From Candidatus Latescibacterota bacterium (GTDB taxonomy: Bacteria; Latescibacterota; UBA2968; UBA8231), in the NCBI GenBank assembly GCA_965200315.1, contig OZ241362.1, positions 3,616,001-3,680,000 on the forward strand: DNA of 64,000 bases, read 5' to 3'. The notes beneath the pieces were generated by a model. It was not told the DNA's origin and made no database searches. It saw nothing but the letters and a program-made list of their open reading frames with translations. The position numbers were made by a program, and so were the translations under genes. This document shows positions 52,441 to 62,900 of this stretch, piece after piece (the stretch's first letter is position 1; every line of letters starts with the position of its first letter).

Positions 52441-54390
52441 ATGGCTGAAATCGATTCTTCTCACAATGCGCCGGCCGCCGCCATTACGGGCCGGAGCATC
52501 CTCGTTGGCGCGGCACTGAGCTTGGTCATTGCCATCGGCGTTCCCTACGGCAGCATGGTCGTGCAAGGCTCGCGCCTTGGGCTGAGTTCGGCTACGCCAG
52601 CCGCGTTCTTTTTGCTGTTCGTCCTGCTGCTGACTGTCCAAGTCGCCTTGGGACGCTGGGGTTTTCGGCGCGGCGAGCTGGTCGTCATCTTCGCCATGAT
52701 GGCCGTCGCCACGGCCATCCCCACGCGCGGCGTGGTGGGGATGCTGCTGCCCATGATCACCGGCACCTTCTACTACGCCACGCCTGAAAACCAATGGGCC
52801 GACTTAGTCCACCCGTTTCTCTCCGATTGGATGGTGGTGTACGATCCGGCTGCGGTAAAGGCATTTTACGAGGGCACCAAAGGCTCGGCCATTCCCTACG
52901 AAGTCTGGCTCAAGCCGCTCGGGCGCTGGTTTGCGTTCTACGCGGCGTTTTACGCAACCATTATCGCGGCCATAAGCATCTTGCGCCGCCAGTGGGTTGA
53001 CAACGAGCGGCTCGTTTTTCCGCTGGCCCAAGTTCCGCTCGCCATGATCCAAGACGACGACGGCGAGCAAAAAAGCCTCAAACCCTTTTTTCGCAACCCC
53101 ATCATGTGGTGCGGCTTGCTGCTGCCCTTCTTGTTCAACAGCACCAACGCCCTGCATAACTACTTCAACTTCGTCCCCTCCCTCGCCCTCCAAACCAGCG
53201 TCGAGCTGTTCAGCCGCACGACCTCGCTCAACATCCGCATCAATTTCCTGATGTTCGGCTTTGCCTACTTTATCAACTCCAATATCGCCTTCAGCCTGTG
53301 GTTTTTCTACCTGCTGCACGTGATACAAGAAAGCATCTTCCGCTACATCGGCATCTTCAGCCCCGAGGAATTGGGGCCTTGGACCGGGTCGGGGCCAGTG
53401 GGCGCGATCATGGGGCATCAGATGATGGGTGCGCTCATCGTGTTGGTATTCTATGGGCTGTGGACGGCGCGGCCCCACCTCAAAAACGTCCTGCGCAAGG
53501 CCCTGTGGGGCGACGAGCGGATCGACGACTCTGCGGAGATTCTCTCCTATCGGGCCGCGTTTTGGCTCTTCGTCGGCGGCACCTGCGCGATGGGCTTCTG
53601 GCTGTGGAAGAGCGGGATACCGGCTTGGATCGTACCCTTTTTCCTGTTCTCGTCGCTGGTCATATTCATCGGCCTAGCGCGCGTCATCGCCGAGGCGGGG
53701 ATGCCCACCGTAACCCCGGAAATGGTCCCGGCCGGCTTTGTCGTCTCCGGCGTTGGGGTCCCGGCTCTCGGCGCACCGGGCATGGTCGCCACGGGCTACT
53801 CCTTCGTCTGGGCGGGCGACCTGCTGGTCTTTATGACCGCGCCCCTCGCCAACAGCCTGCGCTTGGGCAGCGCGATCAGCGGCACCCGGCGGCTTTTTTG
53901 GGCTATTGTCGCGGCCATACTCATCAGCCTCGTAGTCTCCTGCTGGTTCATGCTCTACCTCGCCTATCGCGACGGCGCACTCAACCTGCATCCCCAGTAC
54001 TTCACGGGCTTTGCCAGATACCCTTCGGACTTTGCCGCGCAAAAGCTCGCCAATCCCACGGAGCCGAGCCTCGTCGGGTGGCTGTGGACGGGTTTTGGTG
54101 CCCTGATCATGGGCGGTTTGATGACCGCCCGCCACTTCTTCGTGTGGTGGCCCTTTCACCCGCTCGGCTTTGCGGTGAGCGCCGGCTGGGTAATGAACAG
54201 CATCTGGTTTTCGATCTTTCTCGCCTGGCTCATCAAGATCACCGTCCTCAAATACGGCGGGCCCCGCACGTACCTCCTCACCCGCCCCTTTTTCGTCGGG
54301 GTCGTGCTCGGCCAGTTCGTCGCCGCCGGCCTGTGGCTAGTGGTGGACGGCTTCACCGGTATGGTTGGCAACCGAACACCTGTATATTAG
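52441..54390 (+). CDS. Polytopic membrane protein, DUF6785/DUF6784-like (second paralog)
   Basis: RRQWVDNERLVFPL, WWPFHPLGF; colinear with 8968-11130. Confidence 0.82.
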   Translation: MAEIDSSHNAPAAAITGRSILVGAALSLVIAIGVPYGSMVVQGSRLGLSSATPAAFFLLFVLLLTVQVALGRWGFRRGELVVIFAMMAVATAIPTRGVVGMLLPMITGTFYYATPENQWADLVHPFLSDWMVVYDPAAVKAFYEGTKGSAIPYEVWLKPLGRWFAFYAAFYATIIAAISILRRQWVDNERLVFPLAQVPLAMIQDDDGEQKSLKPFFRNPIMWCGLLLPFLFNSTNALHNYFNFVPSLALQTSVELFSRTTSLNIRINFLMFGFAYFINSNIAFSLWFFYLLHVIQESIFRYIGIFSPEELGPWTGSGPVGAIMGHQMMGALIVLVFYGLWTARPHLKNVLRKALWGDERIDDSAEILSYRAAFWLFVGGTCAMGFWLWKSGIPAWIVPFFLFSSLVIFIGLARVIAEAGMPTVTPEMVPAGFVVSGVGVPALGAPGMVATGYSFVWAGDLLVFMTAPLANSLRLGSAISGTRRLFWAIVAAILISLVVSCWFMLYLAYRDGALNLHPQYFTGFARYPSDFAAQKLANPTEPSLVGWLWTGFGALIMGGLMTARHFFVWWPFHPLGFAVSAGWVMNSIWFSIFLAWLIKITVLKYGGPRTYLLTRPFFVGVVLGQFVAAGLWLVVDGFTGMVGNRTPVY

Positions 54391-54402
54391 AAGGAAAAAT
54401 CT

Positions 54403-56046
54403 ATGCGCTCTCTGTACCCCCTCGCTATCACTATCGCCCTCGTGGCCTGCTCGCAGGAAAAAAATGCGCCCGTAGCGCGAGTCGATGAAGTGCCTATCTC
54501 AGGAGAGAGCCTGCGCTCTTTTGTCGAAAAGATGCCCGTAGGTTTGCGCCACCCCGAAGGCGGCGACGCGGCCCGGCGTCAGTACGTGCAATCGCTCATC
54601 GATCGCCAGCTAATCCTCAAAGAGGCCATAGCCCACGGGCTGGACACGCTGCGCTCGGTAAAACGCGCCGTTGATGAGGCTGTGGATGCGCGCGTCATCG
54701 CCCTGTACCGGGCACGCAACATAACCTCTCAGGTGCAAGTACCCGAAGAGGATGTGCGCCGCGTCTTTACCGAGGAAGGCTACCACCGCGAGCGCAAGCT
54801 CAACGCAATTTTGGTCCACACCCGCGCTGAAATCGAAGCGGCTGTGGCCGCGCTCGACGCCGGTCAACCCTTTACCGAGGTGGCCCGCTCCCACTCGCTC
54901 GACAAACGCTCGGCTGAACAGGGCGGCGAGTTGGGCTTTATTGGCCGCGAGGCCGCGCCCAGCCTGCATATCCCGGCCGAGGTCTTCAACACGCTGCCCT
55001 TGGCGGAAATATCTGCTCCTTTGCGCGCTGGCCGCAGTTGGCACATCGTCCGCTTCACCGAAGACCGCGACACGCCCTACGAGCGCTACCGGCCCCTCAT
55101 CGAGGAGCAGCTATTCAGAGAGCGTCTAGCCCAAGTTGAAGCCGAGCACTTTGAATCGCTCCGTGCGGCCGCCGAGGCAGCCCTCGACCGCGATGGACTG
55201 CAACTCATGCTCAGCGCGGCCCAGCGAGAAGACGGCGCACTGCTCGACACCTGTACTGCGCCGCTCTACACCTTTGCTGAGGGGCAAGCCACAGTCGCCG
55301 CGGCTTACAAGGCCCTGCGGCGGCTCAATGCCCAGCGCAGCCTCAAAGACAGTGCGCGTGCGAGCACCTCGCTAGACCGGCTGGTATTGCGGCCCCTCCT
55401 CCAGCGGCGCGCCGCCCGCGAACAGGACCTATACGACGACCTGGATGTCCAACGGCTGGCCAAGAGGGCCTACCAAGACGCGCTGCTCAACGCCGTGCGC
55501 AAGCGCTTCGCAGCCATCGAAATGCTCTCCGACGCCGAGGTATGGTCCTACTACGACAGCCATCCCGACATGTTTTATCACGAAGAATCCGTCGAGGTCG
55601 AAGAGCTGCTCGCGTCCAGCCCGGCCGAGGCCCAAGGGCTGAGCGATCAACTTGCTGCTGGCGCGAGTTTTGCCGATCTCGCCGACCGCAGTGTGCGCGC
55701 CCAAGCCGTCCAATCGCAAGCGCGCTTCCACTTCCATCCGCGCGACGAAAAGCTCTATCCGCGCCTAGTCCCGGCCATCTATGAGGCGGAACCCGGCCAG
55801 CTCGTCGGGCCGATTCGGGTGCGCGACGGGTACTCTATTTTCCGCGTCCAAGGACGCAATCCCGGCCGGGTCGAACCGTACGAGCAGGTCCAGCGCCGCG
55901 CCCGCGCTCTGCTGAGACGCGAGCGGGAAAACGCGGCCTTCACCAGCTTCGTCCAAGACTTGCGCCAGCGCTATCAGAGCCGAGTCGAGATCGACGAGCG
56001 CGCCCTCAAGGCCGCCCTGCCGGATTCGCTGGTCCAAGGCACCTGA
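54403..56046 (+). CDS. Lipoprotein PpiC-type peptidyl-prolyl isomerase/chaperone, two rotamase-like domains
   Basis: LVAC lipobox; F.EVAR.HSLD..SAEQGGELG; second AGASFADLA...GPI...GYSIFRV. Confidence 0.85.
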   Translation: MRSLYPLAITIALVACSQEKNAPVARVDEVPISGESLRSFVEKMPVGLRHPEGGDAARRQYVQSLIDRQLILKEAIAHGLDTLRSVKRAVDEAVDARVIALYRARNITSQVQVPEEDVRRVFTEEGYHRERKLNAILVHTRAEIEAAVAALDAGQPFTEVARSHSLDKRSAEQGGELGFIGREAAPSLHIPAEVFNTLPLAEISAPLRAGRSWHIVRFTEDRDTPYERYRPLIEEQLFRERLAQVEAEHFESLRAAAEAALDRDGLQLMLSAAQREDGALLDTCTAPLYTFAEGQATVAAAYKALRRLNAQRSLKDSARASTSLDRLVLRPLLQRRAAREQDLYDDLDVQRLAKRAYQDALLNAVRKRFAAIEMLSDAEVWSYYDSHPDMFYHEESVEVEELLASSPAEAQGLSDQLAAGASFADLADRSVRAQAVQSQARFHFHPRDEKLYPRLVPAIYEAEPGQLVGPIRVRDGYSIFRVQGRNPGRVEPYEQVQRRARALLRRERENAAFTSFVQDLRQRYQSRVEIDERALKAALPDSLVQGT

Positions 56047-56049
56047 GTG

Positions 56050-57618
56050 ATGACCGCCCGCCTGCTTCGACTTGAGCTCAGCCGAAAATTGCTGATTCTG
56101 GGCGCAATCGCCTGCGCCGACCAACCTTCGGCTGAGCTCAGGTCGAAGCCCGACCCGCAAGACGCGGCGCGCCCCGAAGAAGCCCGCCGCTTGCTCCAGC
56201 GCGGTACGCTCTTCTTACAACAAGATCGGCCTGAACGCGCCTTAGCGGCACTTGAGCAAGCCGTAGCGCTCGATTCCGCGTCGAGCACCGCCCATTTTCA
56301 GAAGGGGCTAGCCCACGTGCGGCTCGACCAGCCCGCACTCGCCATTGCGGTTTTTGAACGCGCTTTGGCCCTGACGCCCGACGACTCGACTGAGCTCGCC
56401 GAAGTCCGGCCCCGCGCTCACTTTGCCCTTGCCGCGGTGCTGCGCGACCAGCACCGCTACCTAGAGGCCGCAAGCCATCTAGAGCAGGCCATCGCCCTCG
56501 CGCCCGAGCGCGCCAAATACCACTTCTATCTAGGCGAGGTGCGCCGCGCCACGGGTGATTTTGCGGGCGCGCTCGCGGCCTTCAACCGCACCATCGAACT
56601 CGCACCCGACGGCTCGACTGAGCTCGCCGAAGTCCACCTTGAAGCCCGCTACTACCACAGCGACCTGCTCGTGCGCAATCAGCAATTGTCCCAAGCGCGC
56701 ACGGGTTTTGCCGACCTGCTCGCCCGCGACCCCAACCACATTCAAGGCGGCTTAGGTCTAGGCGGCTTACTCATCCGCCTCGGCGAACCCACAGCAGCCA
56801 TTCCCGTGCTCCAGCGCGTCGCCGCGACCGACCCTCACAACCCCGCTCCCCACTACCTGCTGGCCCAAGCCTACGCCGAGTGCGACCGACCCGCCGATGC
56901 CCGCGATGCACAGGGCCGCTTCCAGCAGTTGAGCGCAGCCGAACGCCACCTCAATCAGGGCAACATCTACATTCGCCAACGCGCGTGGGACAAGGCGATC
57001 GACTCCCTGAAGCGCGCCCTCTCCAGCGACTCTACTTCGGTGGAAATTCGCCTGCGCCTCGCCACCGTGTACGCACAGCAAAAGCGCTTCGCCGACGCCC
57101 GCGCCATGCTGGAGCAAGTCCTCGCCCGCAACCCCGACGGCTCGACTGAGCTCGCCGAAGTCCACCGCGACGCCTACATCATGCTGGGCGACCTGTACTT
57201 GTACGAGGGTGTGCTCAAAGAAGCCAACGCGCACTTCGTCCGCGCCGTGGCGATTGATCCCGACTCCTTTGCCGCCGCCTATGGCTTGGGCCGCACGAAC
57301 TTCAAAAGCGGTGACTTTGCCGGAGCCGTTGCCGCGTTGCGCCAAGCCCTCGCCCGCAATCCCGACCACCGCGACGCCCACTACGTCCTCGGGCTGGCCT
57401 ATGTCCGCCGAGCTAACTACCGAGATGCCCACACCCATTTCGCCCGTAGCATTGCCCTCGACCCAGACCACGCGGAATCGCACTACGGGCTGGCGCTGAT
57501 CCTCCTGCAGCAAGGACAACGGGAAAAAGCGCGGCAAGCCCTGCAAAAGGTGCTTGCCCTCGCCCCGGATCACCAACGCGCCCGGGCCAAGCTAGGCGAG
57601 CTGGACCAAGCACCGTGA
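56050..57618 (+). CDS. TPR-repeat lipoprotein carrying five in-frame 24-bp insertions
   Basis: TPR repeats; STELAEV three times; AIAC lipobox. Confidence 0.88.
   Translation: MTARLLRLELSRKLLILGAIACADQPSAELRSKPDPQDAARPEEARRLLQRGTLFLQQDRPERALAALEQAVALDSASSTAHFQKGLAHVRLDQPALAIAVFERALALTPDDSTELAEVRPRAHFALAAVLRDQHRYLEAASHLEQAIALAPERAKYHFYLGEVRRATGDFAGALAAFNRTIELAPDGSTELAEVHLEARYYHSDLLVRNQQLSQARTGFADLLARDPNHIQGGLGLGGLLIRLGEPTAAIPVLQRVAATDPHNPAPHYLLAQAYAECDRPADARDAQGRFQQLSAAERHLNQGNIYIRQRAWDKAIDSLKRALSSDSTSVEIRLRLATVYAQQKRFADARAMLEQVLARNPDGSTELAEVHRDAYIMLGDLYLYEGVLKEANAHFVRAVAIDPDSFAAAYGLGRTNFKSGDFAGAVAALRQALARNPDHRDAHYVLGLAYVRRANYRDAHTHFARSIALDPDHAESHYGLALILLQQGQREKARQALQKVLALAPDHQRARAKLGELDQAP
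56064..56087. repeat. 24-bp palindromic element, subtype B
   Basis: GCTTCGACTTGAGCTCAGCCGAAA. Confidence 0.75.
56126..56149. repeat. 24-bp palindromic element, subtype B, opposite orientation
   Basis: CTTCGGCTGAGCTCAGGTCGAAGC; its reverse complement matches 56064-56087 at 22 of 24 positions. Confidence 0.75.
56383..56406 (+). repeat. 24-bp element, subtype A (DSTELAEV)
   Basis: GACTCGACTGAGCTCGCCGAAGTC after CCCGAC. Confidence 0.88.
56611..56634 (+). repeat. 24-bp element, subtype A (GSTELAEV)
   Basis: GGCTCGACTGAGCTCGCCGAAGTC after CCCGAC. Confidence 0.9.
57139..57162 (+). repeat. 24-bp element, subtype A (GSTELAEV)
   Basis: GGCTCGACTGAGCTCGCCGAAGTC after CCCGAC; empty counterpart at 57351-57378. 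Confidence 0.9.
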
Positions 57619-59906
57619 GCCGCCGCTTCCGCGTCCTGTACTTGGCCAGCCTTTGCATCGGCTGCCAAGCCCCGCCCGAAGCCGAAAGCGATCGCGTCTA
57701 TGCCAAGGCCCTGAGCCTGCTGCACCAAGGGCAGTTCTCAGATTCCGAGGCCCTCTTCCGGCGCGTCGTCAGCTTGGCACCCGACAGCACGATTGCCCAG
57801 ATCCGCCTTGGCGAAGCCCTGCTCCGCCAAGGCCGGCGGCAGCGTGCGGCCCGCCTCCTCGACGAGCTGCCCGCGCCAGCGCACCAGCGGCCAGAAGCCC
57901 GCCTCCTCGAAGCGCGGCTCCTCGCCTTTGGCGGTTTTGCCCGCGAGGCCGAACTCGCCGTCAATGAAATCCTCGACCAACACCCCAACTCGCTCGATGG
58001 CCGCCTGCTGCTGGCTGAATTGTATTTGCAGGCCGCTGCCACCATGAACCTCGAGCGCGCCACGGCCCTGTGCAGCGAAGCACTATCCGCCCAACCCCAG
58101 CGCCGCGACGCACATTACCTGTTGCTCCAAGCCACGCTGCGCCTCGGCCGCTTTCCCGCAGCCTTGGAACGCAGCCGCTCGTTACTCGACGCCTATCCAA
58201 ACGATGGCCATGCCTATCTCTTGGCCGGTACCGCGGCCTTCTGGGCAGGAGACGACCGCGCCCGGCCTTGGCTCGAAGAAGCGGTCGATCTGTTGGAGTC
58301 AATAGATCGCCTAGAGGCCCTGTGGCTGCTCAAGCTGACCCACGAGCGGCAGGGCGAAGATGCACCGGCATTGCTGCCGCGCTATCGCTTTCCCCGGCGC
58401 GCCTCAGTGCCTGCAACAACCGACTTGCGCTTTGTCGATGTGGCCACGCACGTCGGCGTGGCCAAGAAAGATCGCGGCCGCGGCAGTGCTTGGCTCGACT
58501 TTGACGGCGATGGCGACTTCGATCTCTTCAGCGTGGGCATCCAAGCCGAACATTCGCTCTACCGCAACGATGGCGGCCAATTTCGCGATGTCGCCCAAGC
58601 AACCGGGCTAGCCGACGCGCGCGGCGGTTGGGCGGCGGCGAGCGCGGACTTTGACAACGACGGGGACGACGACCTGTTTGTCAGCCGCGACGCCTGGGAG
58701 GGCCGGGCACCCAACTCACTGTACCGCAACGACTCGGGTGCCTTCATCGACAGCGGGCGCGCGGGCGGCGTGGCCGACTCCAGCGACAGCTTTACGGCGG
58801 CTTGGCTCGACTTCGACGCCGACGGGTACCTCGATTTGTATGTGGCCAACGGCGTCACCGGTACGGGCGCGGCAAACGCCCTTCTGCACAACCAGCAAAA
58901 CGGCGCGTTCCGCAACGTGGCGGCGGCCGCTGCGGTCGCCGACTCAGGCCAGACCATTGGCACGGCCGCTGGCGACTTCGACGGCGATGGCCGCACCGAC
59001 CTGTACGCGGTCAACATCGGCCAGCGCAACCGCCTCTTTCGCAACCTCGGCGACGGCACCTTTGCCGATGTGGCCGAGCGCGCCGGCGTCCTTTTCCCGG
59101 TGGAAGGCGGGTATGTGGCGTTCTTCTTCGACCTTGACAACGACGGGCATCTCGACCTATTTGCTTCAACTATGAGTGCCTTTCCCGATGTCCTCAACAG
59201 CATGGTCACCGGTGAGGCTATTGAGCCCAACCGGCCCTTTCTCTATCTCAACATGGGCGACGGCACGTTTGCCGACATCGCGGTCGCTGCGGGACTCAAG
59301 CGTTCTTTCGGCAGCATGGGCGCGGGTCTCGGCGACATAGACAACGACGGTTTCATCGATATCTACCTCGCCAACGGCGGCCCGCAAATGGCCCGGCTCG
59401 AACCCAACGCGCTCTTCCGCAACATGGGCGACGGCACGTTTGCCGACATTACGGCCACCGCGGGCACCGGCAGCCTTGGCAAGGGCCACGGGGCCACCTT
59501 CGCCGACTTCGACCAAGACGGCGACTTGGATCTTTACGCTGGTTTGGGCGGCCACTACGACGCCGACACTTGGGACAACGCGCTCTATCGCAACGACGGC
59601 CCGGTGCAGCACTACCTGTCCATTGATCTTGTGGGCACACAGGCCAACCGCAGCGGGCTGGGTGCGCACGTTGCAGCCTTTGCCGCCGGCCGCGCCATCC
59701 GCGCCCAGCGCCAGAGCGGCTTTGGGTTCGGCAGCAGCAACGAGCCGCTCCTGCACCTCGGGTTGGGGTCGGCCACCCGCGTCGATAGCCTGCACGTACT
59801 CTGGCCCGGCCAGCCCCCACAACGCTTCTTTGACCTGCCCGTCGATTGCCGCATCCGCATCGCACAAAGCGCGGCGCACTACCAGATTCTCAGGAGGGCA
59901 CCATGA
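57615..59906 (+). CDS. TPR + FG-GAP/VCBS + ASPIC/UnbV (CRTAC1-like) lipoprotein
   Basis: CIGC lipobox-like; repeated DFDNDGDxDL; LHLGLG.ATRVD.L.V.WP. Confidence 0.9.
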   Translation: MSRRFRVLYLASLCIGCQAPPEAESDRVYAKALSLLHQGQFSDSEALFRRVVSLAPDSTIAQIRLGEALLRQGRRQRAARLLDELPAPAHQRPEARLLEARLLAFGGFAREAELAVNEILDQHPNSLDGRLLLAELYLQAAATMNLERATALCSEALSAQPQRRDAHYLLLQATLRLGRFPAALERSRSLLDAYPNDGHAYLLAGTAAFWAGDDRARPWLEEAVDLLESIDRLEALWLLKLTHERQGEDAPALLPRYRFPRRASVPATTDLRFVDVATHVGVAKKDRGRGSAWLDFDGDGDFDLFSVGIQAEHSLYRNDGGQFRDVAQATGLADARGGWAAASADFDNDGDDDLFVSRDAWEGRAPNSLYRNDSGAFIDSGRAGGVADSSDSFTAAWLDFDADGYLDLYVANGVTGTGAANALLHNQQNGAFRNVAAAAAVADSGQTIGTAAGDFDGDGRTDLYAVNIGQRNRLFRNLGDGTFADVAERAGVLFPVEGGYVAFFFDLDNDGHLDLFASTMSAFPDVLNSMVTGEAIEPNRPFLYLNMGDGTFADIAVAAGLKRSFGSMGAGLGDIDNDGFIDIYLANGGPQMARLEPNALFRNMGDGTFADITATAGTGSLGKGHGATFADFDQDGDLDLYAGLGGHYDADTWDNALYRNDGPVQHYLSIDLVGTQANRSGLGAHVAAFAAGRAIRAQRQSGFGFGSSNEPLLHLGLGSATRVDSLHVLWPGQPPQRFFDLPVDCRIRIAQSAAHYQILRRAP

Positions 59907-62900
59907 GGCTCTTAGCGTTTCTCGTCATCTGCTTGGCACCCTTGGCCGCAGCCCACGCTCAAAAGGGCCATCGCGTCACCAGTCGCTCCGTAGTGGTCAA
60001 TAGGGCCGCGCACTGGCACAATTGGCAGCTACCTATCCACGCGGTGAAGGTGTCGCCGGACGGCGTGGTCGAGCCGCACTTTTTCCGCGCACACTTCAAC
60101 TTGCTCGACGACTTGCAGACCTTCACCCGCCCCATCCCCGAGCTGCGTCGCCGCCGCAACCAGACCGCCATCCTCAACATCGACAGCACCCAGACCCGCG
60201 ACGTGAAAGGCGAGATCATCGCCGACCGCAAGGGCAATCCCATCTACTCCTATTTCTTTCGCCCGGGCATTAGCCGCGTCGGCTCGAATGCAGCCGCGGC
60301 CGCCAACATCCTCGACGCCGACCCAACCACCTTCTGGGAGCCCGACCCGCAGGCACCGATCGACGACTGGTGGATCGAAATAGACTTGGGCCGCGTCGTG
60401 GCGGTTGATTCCCTCGTCATCCACTTCGTCGAGGAAGAGTTGGGCGACCCCTTCTTCCAGTTCCGCGTCCTCGCCGCACCCGACCAAGAGCCGGTGCAGG
60501 AAAACGCCGACAAAATCACCTTTGAACGCATCGCCCACACCAAGGCCCCTAATCGCGACCAGCGCACCTTCCGCATTGGCCTCGAACAGCTCAATGCCGA
60601 CTCCGACTGGCAGGGCAAGATGGTGCAGACCATCCGCATCGTGGCCAGCGATACGCGCGGCGAGCACGGCGAGCGCATCGGCGAAGCGGAATGGCAGGCT
60701 TTGCCAGCCGACGAGCGCGGCGCAATCGTTCATTTCATCCGCGACGAACAGGGTTTTGAAGAGCCGGTGGAGCGCGCAGTCTATGAAAGCCTCGACCCCC
60801 AGCGCCAAGGCCGTTTGGATTACTACCGGCGCGAGCGGCCGCGCCTAGCCGGGATTGAGGTGTACGGGTTTGGCGACAACATCAGCAGCGGCTTGGTGGC
60901 CGGCGGCGGCCATCTCGACTTAACCGGCGATGGCTTTCTGCCGGGGCCGGCTTTTGACGCGGATTTCAACACCAGCTTCCTGCACCTCGTTTGGTCGCCA
61001 ACCATTGACCGCGGCGTACTCACCGTCGACATGGGCGCGTCGTTTTGGCTCGACGCCATGCGCATTTCCTCGGCCCGGCCCCAGCCCTTTATCGACGGCT
61101 ACTTGATCCGCGGATCCGATGGCTCGCGCGACACCCGCGGCAAGATCAAGTGGGTGCGCCTCAGCCCCCGCGCCCGCGAGGACAATAGCTCGGACCGCTT
61201 TGAACATATCGTCGATACCTATGCGCCTAGCCCCAAGCTCCGCTTTCTCGAAATGAGCATCATCTCGTCGGACCCGCGCCGCCGAGGCGGGTACAACACC
61301 GGGCCGACCATTGCCGAGTACCAGCTTTTTTCCACCGGCTATCCAGCGCAAGTGGAGCTGACTTCCGATCTGATCGCGCTGCCTGGAGTGCGCAACTTCG
61401 GGGCCATCACCTATGAGGCCGAGACCCCCCCGGGCACGACCGTCGCAATTCGCACCCGCACCGGCGACTTGCTGGGCAAGGCCATTCGCTACTTCGACAA
61501 AACGGGCAACGAAATCACTTATGACGCTTGGAAAAACCTGTTGGGCAGCTTCAAGGGGCCAGCCGACACCACCTTCGTGCCCACCAGCGGCTGGAGTCCT
61601 TGGAGCCGCGCCTACCAGCAACCCGGCGACATCGTCACCTCCCCCGGCCTGCGCAAATTCATGCAGTTCCAAGTCGAGATGATTACCACCGACCGCGAGG
61701 CCGCGGCCTCGATCCGCTCGCTCGCAGTTGAGTTGCTCAATCCCGTGGCCGAGCGCATCGCGGCCGAGCTGTGGCCGGCCTCGGTGGAGGTCGCCGGTGA
61801 GCGGGAGACCTTTGATGTCTTTGCTCAGCCCTACTTTATCGAGTCGCCTGCGGCCTCGCGCAGTGCTGGCTTCAACGAAATCCTGCTGACCATGCCGGCC
61901 TCGGAAGCCCTCGAGCTTTTGGAATTTGGCCTCGGTAGCCCAGACGGCGAAAAGGTCTTTCGCCCCGGGGCCGAGCGCGGCGTGTTCACGGCCAGCGACC
62001 AGACGCAGGCCGCGCTTTTGGCCAACGGCGGCGACTCGATCTGGGTGCGCCTAGACGATGCGCTCAACATCCTGCCCGCGGCCAGCCGCACGTACAATCG
62101 CATTACCCTTGAGGGCGAAGAGGTCCCCGTGACTCAAGACGGTTTGCCGCTTACGGCCGCGGCGTACGGCACCCTCGACGAAGACGAACGAGGAGCCATC
62201 CGCTACTTCCGCCGCAACGGCGAGCAAATCAGCGAGATCGACCAAACTAGCTACCGCGACCTGCCCGGCGAGGAGCAAGGCCCCGTCCGCTACTTCCGCA
62301 TTCTGCGCGGCGACGGAGCGCAGTTTCCTTTTGACGCGCACGGCGACTCGCTCGACTCGCGTACGTACAATCGCCTCTCGGCGAGCTTGCGCGGCATTGT
62401 CACCGGGCCGGGCCAGCGCTTCCGCTTGCGCCTTTCTGCGCCGGTCTTTCTCAACGGCACGACCTTGCGCCTGTTCGTGCGCCACGCCGCAAGCGCCGAC
62501 GCCGAGGTGGCGTGGCAGGCTGTTGAAGAAGGCAACGCCGATGAGGGCGTCGCCAGCAACACGCTGTCGGTCAACGTCCCCATCGACGGCGACCTCCTCC
62601 ATGGTCTCGCAGTCGGCCCCAATCCTTTTACCCCCAACGGCGACGGGATCAACGACGCGGCGGAAATCTCGCTGGATATCTTCAAGCTCACTTCCAGCCG
62701 TCGCCTCCAAGTGCGAATTTACACGCTCGATGGGCGACGGGTTTGGCAGCGCGAGGAAATGGTGCTGAGCGGCCGCACCACCGTGCGCTGGGACGGCGTT
62801 GATGACCGCGATCGCCGAGTGCCGCCCGGGCTGTATCTGTGCCAAGTCCAACTCGACGCCGACGCCGCACAACAGGCGACAACCCAAGCGCGGATTATCG

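Noticed and set aside
59250-59449. 29-bp exact repeat AACATGGGCGACGGCACGTTTGCCGACAT in the CRTAC1-like gene
   Set aside because: Encodes the NMGDGTFADI propeller-blade motif; ordinary internal repeat, and no reverse transcriptase or A-specific variation to suggest a DGR
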